Sequence record: LC768500.1
DNA length: 64,000 nucleotides
Source: Klebsiella phage phiKp_32
Direction: 5' to 3' (one strand)
Position numbers and translations under genes: made by a program
The notes under the pieces: generated by a model
What the model saw: only the letters and a program-made list of their open reading frames with translations
Told to the model about the DNA's origin: nothing
Database searches by the model: none
Shown here: in pieces, positions 7,519 through 17,417 of the stretch
Layout of the letters: every line of letters begins with the position of its first letter
How positions within the stretch are numbered: the first letter of the stretch is position 1

Positions 7519-9705
7519 ATGAAGCGTACAATTAACGTCCGCAAAGGCTCCACCGCTGTAAAACCCCTGAACCTCGCGATGAGCGACATGTTTAGTCAGG
7601 GCGGCTTTAAATCTTTTACTGGTGTTGAAAACCTGGATACTGCGACCGACCAGTTCAATGCCATGTTTGCTGGCACCGAGTCACTGGCTAACGGTATTAG
7701 CCCAGAGTCTTCCAAACTGCTCAGCAACCTGACCAACTCTCAGCGTTTCGCGACCATCTCCAGCATCGCGTCGATGCAAAATGCGTTCCCGACCATTGAT
7801 CGTCGCCTGGCTGACTTCGCCGGTACCGAAGGTTTCTCAATGGCGCAGTTTGCTGGTGAGTCCGCTAAAGTTAAAGGCGTGAACATCACTCTGAACGCCC
7901 TGTCTCACCGTCAGACTGACGCTGCTGAAGCGCTATTCACAACCGTCACCATCCCGTACGCTGATGAGTACCTGGAGTTCTCCGTGCGTACTGCCGGCCT
8001 GGGTCGTTACATCTACGGTGCTGCTGCTGGCGAACGTGCTTCTGAGCTGGTACCGGTAATGAGCCTGATCCGCAAAGGTAAAGCCTTCATGGCTGATACC
8101 CTGCGCATGTATCCGGTTTATCCGACCGACTCGGCTGACCCGAACCGTAAATACTTCATGGCTGAGTCTGTATCTGCTGCTACCGAAGCCACTTACGACA
8201 GCGCCGATCCGCTGAACCGTCAAGCTCACAAGACCCAATACCTGAAAGTTCCGGTATCCGTACCGAACCTGGTTGGTCTGTCTGAAGCCCCGGGTCAGAA
8301 CCCGTTCGAAACTTCTGATGAAGTTGAATCCAACTCCATCCAGATGACCAACGTCGCACTGACCGCCAACGTCGGCGCTTCCGGCTCTGCTACCGCAGTT
8401 GTACTGCGTATGCCGACCGTGAACATGTCTCAGGCGCATTTCGGTATCGCTGCAATGGGTGCTTCTTCTGACGATCGTCAGATGGACTTCCAGGTACAGG
8501 GTCTGCCGGCGTCTGCACTGTTCAACATCGGTAGCGATACTGTTACCACCGCACTGGATGCACTGAAAGCGAATGGCGCTCAGCCGTTCTTCTCTCTGAG
8601 CATCACCGGTACTTACCAGCGTCAGACCAATACCCTGAAAATCCAGGGCGGTTCTTTCGAACTGGAGTACATCAAAGATGCGGCTGGCAACAAACATCTG
8701 CCGACCACTTCCAGCGCAACGATCAAAGCTCTGTTCGGCCTGTTCAATGATGGCGAAATCGCCGGTGTTGAACTGCGTTACAACCACACCAACATCAACC
8801 GCGTGAACTTCGGTTACCGTGTTGAAGTGTTTGACGCACGTAAAACTCTGACCACTCATCGTCAGACTCCGATCTCTGTTCGCTACCCGGTCAGCAAAGA
8901 AGATACCAATGAGGAATCTCTGAGCTACGCGATCGATCAGATGGCGATCATCCTGAACGCACAGACCACCGCAAACGCGTTTACCAAAGCTGAAGAGCAC
9001 GTTGATTACGTGACCTCCATCAACGGTTCGGCAATCGTGGGTAACGAGCAGGCGTCCAACGTCCTGGCCGGTATGCACTATGCTAACGCTGCGGCGATCA
9101 ACCGTACCCTGAAACTGGCTGACATCGTGTCTACCCAGGATAGCGTCGGTGTGGTCGACAACATCTCTGCGGCACTGTGCAACACCCTGAGCGAAATGGC
9201 AGCAGCGCTGGCCACTAACTCCGGTCTGGCTGCTATTGCCGAATACACCCGTGAAAAACTGAAATGGCAGGTTGTTGCCCATCAGAACATGGGTCGTTAC
9301 CTGATGCGTTCTGGCGACGCTCGTACTATGGGTGCGTATACCGACTTCGCGGTTGAACTGACTAACGTCGAAACCATGATCGGTAAATTCTACCTGGTAC
9401 CGCAGTCCGAAACCGACGGCAACACCATCGACCCGCTGGGTGGCATGGGTGTCTGCGTTGATAAAGAGCACGTTGTTGTTCAGGGTGACGTAACCCGTAC
9501 TGATCGTCAGTTCGGTATCCTGATGACCATGCCGATCTTCCAACACCACTCCGTGTGTCCGATCGTCGGCGTACTGACCGTTGAAGACGCGGTACTGGCT
9601 CTGAACGACGAAGGCCTGATCGACGCTCTGGCTAAACAGCGCGTTGTGGTTAACGGCGTTGTACAGTCTAAAGCCGGCACTGTAGACGACGGTAAGCTGC
9701 CGTAA
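7519..9705 (+). CDS. major capsid protein candidate (very highly expressed virion protein)
   Basis: 728-aa ORF with a striking switch to host-optimal codons (ctg, cgt, ggt, acc, atc) and a higher local GC than the flanks. It has an AAGGAAA RBS and is followed by a strong terminator. Its size is in the jumbo-phage MCP range. The identity is inferred, not motif-proven. Confidence 0.5.
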   Translation: MKRTINVRKGSTAVKPLNLAMSDMFSQGGFKSFTGVENLDTATDQFNAMFAGTESLANGISPESSKLLSNLTNSQRFATISSIASMQNAFPTIDRRLADFAGTEGFSMAQFAGESAKVKGVNITLNALSHRQTDAAEALFTTVTIPYADEYLEFSVRTAGLGRYIYGAAAGERASELVPVMSLIRKGKAFMADTLRMYPVYPTDSADPNRKYFMAESVSAATEATYDSADPLNRQAHKTQYLKVPVSVPNLVGLSEAPGQNPFETSDEVESNSIQMTNVALTANVGASGSATAVVLRMPTVNMSQAHFGIAAMGASSDDRQMDFQVQGLPASALFNIGSDTVTTALDALKANGAQPFFSLSITGTYQRQTNTLKIQGGSFELEYIKDAAGNKHLPTTSSATIKALFGLFNDGEIAGVELRYNHTNINRVNFGYRVEVFDARKTLTTHRQTPISVRYPVSKEDTNEESLSYAIDQMAIILNAQTTANAFTKAEEHVDYVTSINGSAIVGNEQASNVLAGMHYANAAAINRTLKLADIVSTQDSVGVVDNISAALCNTLSEMAAALATNSGLAAIAEYTREKLKWQVVAHQNMGRYLMRSGDARTMGAYTDFAVELTNVETMIGKFYLVPQSETDGNTIDPLGGMGVCVDKEHVVVQGDVTRTDRQFGILMTMPIFQHHSVCPIVGVLTVEDAVLALNDEGLIDALAKQRVVVNGVVQSKAGTVDDGKLP

Positions 9706-9728
9706 GCAACATTAGCACTGTGAAATAA

Positions 9729-9775
9729 TAACCCCCTACCCCGTTAAGGGTAGGGGGTTATACTTCGTCTTCTTA
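9729..9775 (+). terminator. terminator after the capsid-candidate gene
   Basis: Perfect 13-bp stem TAACCCCCTACCC/GGGTAGGGGGTTA with a T-rich tail. Confidence 0.7.
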
Positions 9776-9884
9776 AATTTTTTAAGGACTATATTATCTC
9801 TGGGTAAAGGGTTGGTATAAGGGACCGCGCATCCCATACCAGATGAAGCTCTAGTCTAAAAATAAACCTTAAGGAAATTAACAA

Positions 9885-10907
9885 ATGAGTCTTTCGTCTT
9901 ACGGCACACAAAATGCCTTATCTTATCAGTTATTTAATAACACGAGTAAAGAGCTCTTGCTACGTAATAATGGCGGAATGAACAATATTATATCCGCGTG
10001 TCCTAAAAGCGGGTATAATAACACTATTGTTCTGCGGGTTACGCTTACTGTACATAATGTTCACAATGTATTATTCGATTTGGAAGGCATGACCAACGCT
10101 TTGGATAGGGAGATCGCAACTGAATTCATCACTCAGTTAAATGCCCGTAAGAAGAACGACTTTGTTTATTTAGAAATTAACGATACCATTTGTATGACAC
10201 ACACCGTCACCCTAGGGCAACGTCACGCGAGTGGATTAAAAAATGAAATTAAAAGTGACCTGCTCAATTTCACTTTAAGTCAAGAGGTCAATAAGTATAA
10301 AGACAGATTCGTTGGTAAGACCGCAACCGCGATCACCCAAGAGATAAAAAATGATTTAACTGAAGAAGAATCAGAAAACCTCATTGTGTGTATGAGGGTC
10401 AATGATCCTCTTTCCATTGTGAATAATCTCTGGACCACGGCGGGCGGTGAAGCGGTTTTGATACCGAAAACTACCAATGAAGACGAACCAGCAGGCCTGT
10501 ATATTGTGAAAGGTCGTAACGCTTATAACCGTGGAAGTGAATATCATGATATCGCTAAGTGCAGTAAGGAATTCCTTAACGCACTAGGGGTTTATCATAG
10601 TAAACACGAAGCCGATATTGGCGGTAACAGTAAATTGTTACACGACCTTACATCTAAAGTATCAGAAATGAAGAAATCCACTGAGAAAGCTCAACGGGAA
10701 CTAAACACCGCAGAAGTTAAAGCAACCACTCTAAATAATCGGTTGGAGCATGCAAAGATGGTGCAACTGTTCGATAAAGAACGGGCTAAGTTCAAGGAAG
10801 ATATATCCAAAAGCGCGAATACCGGTAGTGGATGGGGGGATGCATTTAAATCTGCAGGGGGGTTCTTGTCGACGCTGTTCTCGATATTTAAACTCCTTCC
10901 CATTTAA
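9885..10907 (+). CDS. hypothetical head-module protein with C-terminal coiled coil and amphipathic tail
   Basis: 340-aa ORF with an AAGGAAA RBS. Its C-terminus is heptad-rich and ends in GFLSTLFSIFKLLPI. Confidence 0.55.
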   Translation: MSLSSYGTQNALSYQLFNNTSKELLLRNNGGMNNIISACPKSGYNNTIVLRVTLTVHNVHNVLFDLEGMTNALDREIATEFITQLNARKKNDFVYLEINDTICMTHTVTLGQRHASGLKNEIKSDLLNFTLSQEVNKYKDRFVGKTATAITQEIKNDLTEEESENLIVCMRVNDPLSIVNNLWTTAGGEAVLIPKTTNEDEPAGLYIVKGRNAYNRGSEYHDIAKCSKEFLNALGVYHSKHEADIGGNSKLLHDLTSKVSEMKKSTEKAQRELNTAEVKATTLNNRLEHAKMVQLFDKERAKFKEDISKSANTGSGWGDAFKSAGGFLSTLFSIFKLLPI

Positions 10908-10918
10908 CAAGGTGCGAC

Positions 10919-12589
10919 ATGGATCCTAAGTTACTGAAAGCGGTATCGGCTACGATGCCTAAGTTTAATGAAACGATAGCTTCAGGTTTCCATCAACGAG
11001 AATTTGAGCAAATACATAAACGTTATGAATATCTTTTAAGAATGACGTTTGAACCCATTGAAAAGAAAGGAGTATGGTTTGTTGGCGTCAGGTCGGTACG
11101 ACCTCATGAAATGTATAACGTCATCGCGAAGAACACACAGCAGAAAACCTTTGAAACAAACAAAGAAAGTCTTTATCCGGTTAAGCTCGTCTTTAAATAC
11201 GGGATGGATAAAAACACTGCCAGGGAGATGGATCCTGTTTACGTACTGCTCCCGTTCTGTGATCGGTATGGGGACGTTTGGATCAGGGGAAGCCAATACA
11301 GCCTACAGATAGTCCTGGCTGACCGAGGATTGAGCGTCACTAAAGACGATCAGATCTTCGTAAGACTCCTGGGATATAAATTCAAAGTAGGAACTGAGCA
11401 ATATGAATACACTCAGATCCACAATGAAATAAATCCTGTCAGGGAAACCAACCTTCCTATCAACCTTCCGGCTAACCGCTTCTACGTGGCCAGTGAAGCA
11501 CGTCGTCCAAACCCAACTAAAACACCCACACCTTTATTGGCGTGGTATGTGTTTGCGGAGTATGGTTTTAGCGAAACCATGCGTAAGTTCGGGGAATGCG
11601 ATTATGCGATAGGTGATCGTGATGCGATCATTCAGCAATATAGTGAAGATAAGGGTTGGAAGCTGTTTGGTAGTAAAGGATTGGCGATTGGTAAAAGTAT
11701 CACGCCATATGTGAATTGCGGGTTAGCTATAGCGGCTAAACCATTAAACGAAAAACGAAGAGGGGAAATACCTAACGTTGCACAACAGTATATTGCGGCA
11801 TTGCTTTATCTGTGTGATGTTGGCGGAGAATTTATTGATTTGGATAAACTCGACGATAAATATTTTTGGCGTATGATGGTCGGACACGCCAGTATTAAAG
11901 CCGGAGGAAATCTCACCCATTTGGAAAAACAGATGGCGGATCACTTCGATTCCATGAACGAAGGTTTAGACCAAACAAGTATCCAACGATTCGCTGAGCA
12001 ACGAATTGTGGTTAAAGATCGTTATGAATTGTTTAATTACATCATAGCGAATCGGGCTGAAATCGTTAAGACTTCCGATAAAGCCAATATGTTACATAAA
12101 GAAATTAGTTCTAGTGAGTTCACATTAGACAAACTGATTACTGCGGCTAACCGCTTTAAACACGATGTCAAAAACACAACAGAACTCAACTATGAACGTG
12201 TTAAGTCATTCATGTCATCTCATTTCAAATTACGCGATATCGAATCGGCTGCTTGGGAATCTAACATGATCCAAGAAGCTACGCCGACAGATTGCCCTAT
12301 CGCCGATTATGGCTTTGGGGTGATGTCTCAGGCGAAAGTGTTCGGTCCTCGTAATAACGGGAGAAACAGTGACTTTAACCCTAACGATCCCGCTAACTGC
12401 ATACATGGCTCTGTACCTTTTGTGATGAGTTTCCAACGGGTAACTAAACCCGACCCAAACGCTTGCGGATTCTTAGCCCCCTGCGTGTATTTGATCAACG
12501 ACAAATACTTGGGACTCAGACCAGAAGATGTGGAACTGTACGAAGCCACTGTGAGCAGACTTACTAAGTCTGAGGTTAAAATTAAATGA
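10919..12589 (+). CDS. hypothetical protein
   Basis: 556-aa ORF 11 nt after the previous stop. Small internal ORFs on both strands are taken as artefacts. Confidence 0.6.
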   Translation: MDPKLLKAVSATMPKFNETIASGFHQREFEQIHKRYEYLLRMTFEPIEKKGVWFVGVRSVRPHEMYNVIAKNTQQKTFETNKESLYPVKLVFKYGMDKNTAREMDPVYVLLPFCDRYGDVWIRGSQYSLQIVLADRGLSVTKDDQIFVRLLGYKFKVGTEQYEYTQIHNEINPVRETNLPINLPANRFYVASEARRPNPTKTPTPLLAWYVFAEYGFSETMRKFGECDYAIGDRDAIIQQYSEDKGWKLFGSKGLAIGKSITPYVNCGLAIAAKPLNEKRRGEIPNVAQQYIAALLYLCDVGGEFIDLDKLDDKYFWRMMVGHASIKAGGNLTHLEKQMADHFDSMNEGLDQTSIQRFAEQRIVVKDRYELFNYIIANRAEIVKTSDKANMLHKEISSSEFTLDKLITAANRFKHDVKNTTELNYERVKSFMSSHFKLRDIESAAWESNMIQEATPTDCPIADYGFGVMSQAKVFGPRNNGRNSDFNPNDPANCIHGSVPFVMSFQRVTKPDPNACGFLAPCVYLINDKYLGLRPEDVELYEATVSRLTKSEVKIK

Positions 12590-14979
12590 GCAGCATTCGC
12601 CCTACCAATCGCGGTAATGGAGTGAGTATTCCTAACGAAGATCCGAGCATGGGTAATGGTTTCGGTTCACTGGCTACAGGAATGCAACAAAATAGCATGT
12701 ACGGTCAACCGCAACAAATGTTTGATCCGTCTGCGATGATGAAAATGATTTCAACAGGAGGCATGAGCAATAACCCAGCCTCCGGCGGTTGGGATTGGTC
12801 GAACGTAGATAGGCCGAAGAACCCTAATGCTGCATTCTTGGATGAGTTTTTAGGGCATCAGGAAGATGAACTCGAGCACGCGTTGAAAATGGAAGCGCAA
12901 GCTTACGCAACTAAATTCGCAGCGCGTATTATCAACGACATTAAAACGAGAAACACAAGCGGGTATTATAAGTTCTTCCTTAACGCGTATAATATCTTTG
13001 CACTGGTCCCTGACGCCCCTCCTATGATGTGTCCTATCAGGGGGCGGTTCATAGAGGTTATCAAGAATACTCAGGCGGCGCAGTTGCGTATTGCGGGTCG
13101 TGGTGTGACATTCGGTGGTCGTGATTTCGCTTTACAGATCATGGCGCAGAATCCACTTGATCAACGTCTGGTAGAAAACCTCTTCAGTACTGGTATTGCG
13201 AACGCCATGTTTTTAGAAATGGTGGATTGGTTTGCTAAAACGGCTGATGGCAGAGACGCATATAGCAAGCTAACTAATGAACTTAAGTTGACATTGACTA
13301 AATTACCTAAGTTCATTACTTACGCAGCGGAATGCTTCCAGTTCTTCAATATGGATAGCCCGTATAATGACCTGAGTCCAGTCCCTAAAACTTCCCCAAA
13401 CCCAGATCAGAACATGAGTCAGTATGTGGTCAGATCGACGTCAGGGAGCGGAGCGGAGTGGTTAGGGTTCCAGCATTCTACAGAATCTCAACAGCAGAAG
13501 GAGATCCGAGAGATCAATGAATGGGTAGCGAATAATCTTCGTCATCGCCAAGAGTTCCAATATCAACAGGCTCAACAACAAACTCCCGACGCAGCGTATT
13601 GGTCTGGACAGCAGCCACAACAACAGTATAGCTTTGGTGAGCTTCATACTAAACGTGTTGATTTCGAAAACGTCAATCCCGATAACGTGGCGGATTTCTC
13701 TTTAGAGAACTTCAAACGCATCCCAGGGACCGATAAATACGTTGTTGATGAAACCACTTGGAGTTATTTCTCCAAGGCATTCAAACGGGCTTATCGTCCT
13801 TATGGTGAACTTTTTGCCGGAACATACGGAATACGAGTCGTCAAGATCAATTTCGAGCTCAACGACGGTTGGGTGGACAATGTTCTGTTTATAGAAGGAG
13901 TGACTCCAGCCATGGCTTTAGCCAACCCAGCGATGCTACTTCCACATCTCGAGACTGACCAGCAAGGCAACGTGGTCATTGTCGATGAAGTGGTCCTACC
14001 AAAAGAGAAGGACGAAGAAACTGGCATTGAAATGGTTCCGTTACAGAAAGTTAAAGTGATGGAACACGCCCCGACAGCGGTTGTTGTTCCCGAGGTTGTC
14101 ACAGGTGATAGCTTTGGAAATATCGAGACCGTAGTCGATACCATGTTTGAAACCGTTAAACCGTCAACATCAGGATTATTCGGTGTCGCGATCCCGGTAG
14201 AGAACTGGAAACGTTTCTTCGTAGAAGACAGTACGATTGTAGAAGAAATCTACCTTCGTTTGCCTTGGCTGATTAAAGGTAACGGCGGCGGTACTCCACC
14301 TACGTTCTTTGATTTCGTTTCCGAGATACAAAAGACGATGGATCATTACATCGGCTGTGATGAACTTCGTGGATTTGTTGAAACTCATATCACTGACACG
14401 GTTAACCGTTGGTTGGTGGATACGAGAGGTTACGGCGGCAATCGTGATGATCAATATCGCTTCAGAATTAATGGGATCTTCAGCAATCTCAGGAATCTGA
14501 TTAATCACTTAGAGAACAACGACCCTGATACGTTCAGCGTTTTGGTTGATCCTAAACGGTTTAAGCGACTCTTCACTAAGTGTAAATTGTTTGCACCGCG
14601 TGAGACGCGTTCAGCGCTCTTGAATGGCGCTCTGCCGAGTTCTCCAACTCAGGCTGCGATAGCTAAAGAAAACGATAAGAAAGCTATGGTTGTCCTTACA
14701 GACGTCGTAGTGACCCGTATCGGCAATATCCTCGCACCTAATACACAAAAGACCGTTATCAACGTAAAACGTTCAGCGTTCCCAGAGATGTTCTCTTTAA
14801 TCGAACGTTCGTTTGGGAAAACCTCCGATCTGTTACCAGAAGGTGTTGAACAGGTACTGTCTTTTGTCAGTGACGATAGTCTTTGGACTTTCAACACATC
14901 AGGATTTGATTCTAATGTCGCTGTTATGCGTAAGGTGGTCAGAACCCAAGGCATGCTTAATTTTAAATTAATTGAATAA
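12586..14979 (+). CDS. hypothetical protein with Gln-rich low-complexity segment
   Basis: 797-aa ORF whose ATGA overlaps the upstream stop. It carries QQAQQQT...QQPQQQ and an N-terminal Gly/Met/Gln-rich region. Confidence 0.6.
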   Translation: MSSIRPTNRGNGVSIPNEDPSMGNGFGSLATGMQQNSMYGQPQQMFDPSAMMKMISTGGMSNNPASGGWDWSNVDRPKNPNAAFLDEFLGHQEDELEHALKMEAQAYATKFAARIINDIKTRNTSGYYKFFLNAYNIFALVPDAPPMMCPIRGRFIEVIKNTQAAQLRIAGRGVTFGGRDFALQIMAQNPLDQRLVENLFSTGIANAMFLEMVDWFAKTADGRDAYSKLTNELKLTLTKLPKFITYAAECFQFFNMDSPYNDLSPVPKTSPNPDQNMSQYVVRSTSGSGAEWLGFQHSTESQQQKEIREINEWVANNLRHRQEFQYQQAQQQTPDAAYWSGQQPQQQYSFGELHTKRVDFENVNPDNVADFSLENFKRIPGTDKYVVDETTWSYFSKAFKRAYRPYGELFAGTYGIRVVKINFELNDGWVDNVLFIEGVTPAMALANPAMLLPHLETDQQGNVVIVDEVVLPKEKDEETGIEMVPLQKVKVMEHAPTAVVVPEVVTGDSFGNIETVVDTMFETVKPSTSGLFGVAIPVENWKRFFVEDSTIVEEIYLRLPWLIKGNGGGTPPTFFDFVSEIQKTMDHYIGCDELRGFVETHITDTVNRWLVDTRGYGGNRDDQYRFRINGIFSNLRNLINHLENNDPDTFSVLVDPKRFKRLFTKCKLFAPRETRSALLNGALPSSPTQAAIAKENDKKAMVVLTDVVVTRIGNILAPNTQKTVINVKRSAFPEMFSLIERSFGKTSDLLPEGVEQVLSFVSDDSLWTFNTSGFDSNVAVMRKVVRTQGMLNFKLIE

Positions 14980-15087
14980 CCCCACCATCCTAGAACCATT
15001 TAATCGATTAAGTTGTTAACATCGGATATCCTTCCTTAGCGGGAGGGTATCCTTTAATAACCATTTCCCACAAAAAAGGAATACGAA

Positions 15088-15723
15088 ATGAATCGTCCAA
15101 TTTTTAAAATTAGTCAGCACGCGCAGTTGTCGATCCCGGCCCTCATCGATGTTACAGAAAATGAAGCGGAATGCTCGTCACTTGTTTACGGCCTCCATCC
15201 TTCCATGACCGGGGTATTCTCTGAACGCCAGAAGGATTCAATGGCAGAGAGTCTTTACCTAATGGGTCAGTACGCCGAAATCATTCCCAGGAATAAGCCG
15301 GAGTGTACGATTGATTATCATCCCATCACTAACGAGCATTACCTTAAATCGTTTAAACATTATTACGAAGCATGGGTTGCTTTGGGTAGAGATGAAGTGG
15401 TGATGCAGGGAGCCACTGTTAGGGTTTCGTCGTTTTTATTATTAAGGACTATGTTCAATGGGGTCATAGGAATTCTACCTTATCTCGACCCCAAAGGACA
15501 TCGGATGCAAGCAAAGGAATACGCTAAATTAGACGATTTGGTTAAACTGACCTACGGCGTGCCCGCTGGGTCATTCTCGGCGACCCCCGATTACCAGGTT
15601 GTTCCTAAAATAGAGGTGCGGGAACAGATCGTGATGAGCTTTACTGACAAATACGGTAACGTCATCACCGTCACCGGAATCGATAGAGAAAAGATGATCG
15701 AACAGATAGAAAAATTAAAGTAA
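15088..15723 (+). CDS. hypothetical protein
   Basis: 211-aa ORF with an AAAGGAA RBS and a terminator hairpin at 15729-15762. Confidence 0.55.
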   Translation: MNRPIFKISQHAQLSIPALIDVTENEAECSSLVYGLHPSMTGVFSERQKDSMAESLYLMGQYAEIIPRNKPECTIDYHPITNEHYLKSFKHYYEAWVALGRDEVVMQGATVRVSSFLLLRTMFNGVIGILPYLDPKGHRMQAKEYAKLDDLVKLTYGVPAGSFSATPDYQVVPKIEVREQIVMSFTDKYGNVITVTGIDREKMIEQIEKLK

Positions 15724-15728
15724 TCGTC

Positions 15729-15790
15729 TTCCCTACCACTCCTTAACTGGGGTGGTAGGGAGTAAGAAAGCTTTAATTTTTTAACATGAA
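15729..15790 (+). terminator. terminator
   Basis: 14-bp stem (CCCTACCACTCC / GGGGTGGTAGGG) with a T-rich tail. Confidence 0.65.
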
Positions 15791-15865
15791 GATTTTTATA
15801 AGTCGATATCATTCAGGTGTATAAACAACAAGTATTTTAATTCTTATTCACTAAAGAGGTCCAAA

Positions 15866-16438
15866 ATGGAAATTCGTAAAGATATGATCAATGAAATCGC
15901 CGCTCGTATCATCTCTGGTTGCAACGACGTGGAAGCCAGTGTCCGCGAAAAGCTGCTGCGTAATTTGGTTAATGGTGAGATCTGGCAGTTCGAGCTCAAT
16001 GAAACTGAGCAAGCGGAACTGATCGCGATCGTAAGCAAAGAGTTCGGTATTTCCGATCTGGTCTACGTCGAACCGCAGAAAAACATTTCTGAAGAAGATG
16101 TCGCCAAAGTCGCTGCCAGTGTTAACGGGCATGTCGAACACAAATATCTGAATCTGCGAAATGCGATGGCAGTCGGCGCAGTACTCGGTGCTGGTGCGGC
16201 CATCTTAAAAGAAGGTGCGAACGCAATTAATGCCGGTGCTGGTGTGGTCGGCGCTGCTGTTTCTTACGGCGTGGGTTATCTGGCTGACAAGAAACATATC
16301 GGTATGGGTAATCAGTACGCTGATGTCGCGGCAGGCATTGTTGCCGGTGGCGTTATCGGTGGCGGCGCAGTATTTGGCGCGGGCTTTGTCGCCAAACGTT
16401 TCTTCAGCGATGAAGAAGTTGAAGTTGTTGCAGAGTAA
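15866..16438 (+). CDS. glycine-zipper protein, paralog 1 (abundant small virion or membrane protein)
   Basis: An N-terminal acidic soluble segment is followed by an AVGAVLGAGAAIL...GAGVVGAAVSYGVGY...GIVAGGVIGGGAVFGAGF GxxxG-repeat region and an acidic tail. Codons are host-optimal and there is an AAAGAGG RBS. Confidence 0.7.
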   Translation: MEIRKDMINEIAARIISGCNDVEASVREKLLRNLVNGEIWQFELNETEQAELIAIVSKEFGISDLVYVEPQKNISEEDVAKVAASVNGHVEHKYLNLRNAMAVGAVLGAGAAILKEGANAINAGAGVVGAAVSYGVGYLADKKHIGMGNQYADVAAGIVAGGVIGGGAVFGAGFVAKRFFSDEEVEVVAE

Positions 16439-16501
16439 TAAACGCATCTGAAATATCCGATGCATCTTAAATTAAACTATCAATAGTAAGGAAATACGAT
16501 C

Positions 16502-16894
16502 ATGAAAAAAGAAAACATTGAACTGACTGGCACTGAACTCGACGAAGCTAAAGCGATGCTGGCTGTTGATGCAGAAACTTCTCTGTTCGACGATATCTGT
16601 GAAAAACTCGGTGGCTACGTAGCTACCGACAAACAGAAAAGCCACGTGAAAGCCGCAGTGATCGGTGGTGTTATCGGCACCGCTCTGAGCATGGCGAGCA
16701 AACCATCTGTCGGCACGCTGATCGGTGGCGTGGTTGGTACCGCAGGTGGCGCTTATGTGGGTAGTCGTATCGCTGATGATCTGAGCAATCAGTTCATTGA
16801 CAAACTGCTCACCGCTGAAATTGGCTTCGTGTGTAGCGCTATCGGCGCATCCATCGGCGGGGCATTAACCCCGAGCAAAGTCGAAGCGGACTAA
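16502..16894 (+). CDS. glycine-zipper protein, paralog 2
   Basis: Same architecture as paralog 1 (VIGGVIGTALSMA...LIGGVVGTAGGAYVGS...IGASIGGAL) with optimal codons and a TAAGGAAA RBS. Confidence 0.7.
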   Translation: MKKENIELTGTELDEAKAMLAVDAETSLFDDICEKLGGYVATDKQKSHVKAAVIGGVIGTALSMASKPSVGTLIGGVVGTAGGAYVGSRIADDLSNQFIDKLLTAEIGFVCSAIGASIGGALTPSKVEAD

Positions 16895-16962
16895 ATCATC
16901 CAGTTCGTTCCACTACCGTTAAATTTTAGGCAACTCAACATCAAAACGTAAGAGGTAATATC

Positions 16963-17358
16963 ATGGATATGGCAAACAAACCTGCAGTTAACAAAGCTGC
17001 CTTGTCAGAAGAAGAAATTCTGAAAATGCTGGCTGGTCACAAATCCACCGATGCTAACTATCGGGTTGGTCGCATTGCTGGTGTGCTGGGCGCAGTTGTC
17101 GCCGGTGCGCATCGGACCGTCACCAATGGGGTTAAACCATCTACGGTGGTAGGTACAGTGGTAGGTGGATTGGTTGGATATAAAACGGGTAAAATGGCAG
17201 ACGGTTTCAGCGGGCTGACCGGAAGTCATTCACCGATTGCAGACGTCGGTGCATTCACAGCAGGGTACGGCGTGGCGCTGGGAATGAGCGCCCTGGCGGG
17301 TACGTTTGATCAGTACATCACACCGCTGTACGAATCAGAAGAAGAAACCGAAGAATAA
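16963..17358 (+). CDS. glycine-zipper protein, paralog 3
   Basis: Same architecture as paralogs 1 and 2 (IAGVLGAVVAGA...VVGTVVGGLVGY...GVALGMSALAG) with an acidic ESEEETEE tail and a bidirectional terminator after it. Confidence 0.7.
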   Translation: MDMANKPAVNKAALSEEEILKMLAGHKSTDANYRVGRIAGVLGAVVAGAHRTVTNGVKPSTVVGTVVGGLVGYKTGKMADGFSGLTGSHSPIADVGAFTAGYGVALGMSALAGTFDQYITPLYESEEETEE

Positions 17359-17364
17359 GAAAGT

Positions 17365-17417
17365 TAACTCCTCTACCCGTAAGGGTAGAGGAGTTACTTA
17401 ATTACTTATTTTTTTTA
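17365..17417. terminator. bidirectional terminator between convergent genes
   Basis: 14-bp stem TAACTCCTCTACCC/GGGTAGAGGAGTTA with a T8 run. The complement side is also T-rich. Confidence 0.8.

Noticed and set aside
7933-9549. 538-aa minus-strand ORF entirely inside the capsid-candidate gene
   Set aside because: It is an artefact of the GC-rich, codon-optimised sense strand removing antisense stops. It has no RBS and its composition is a mirror image of the sense gene.
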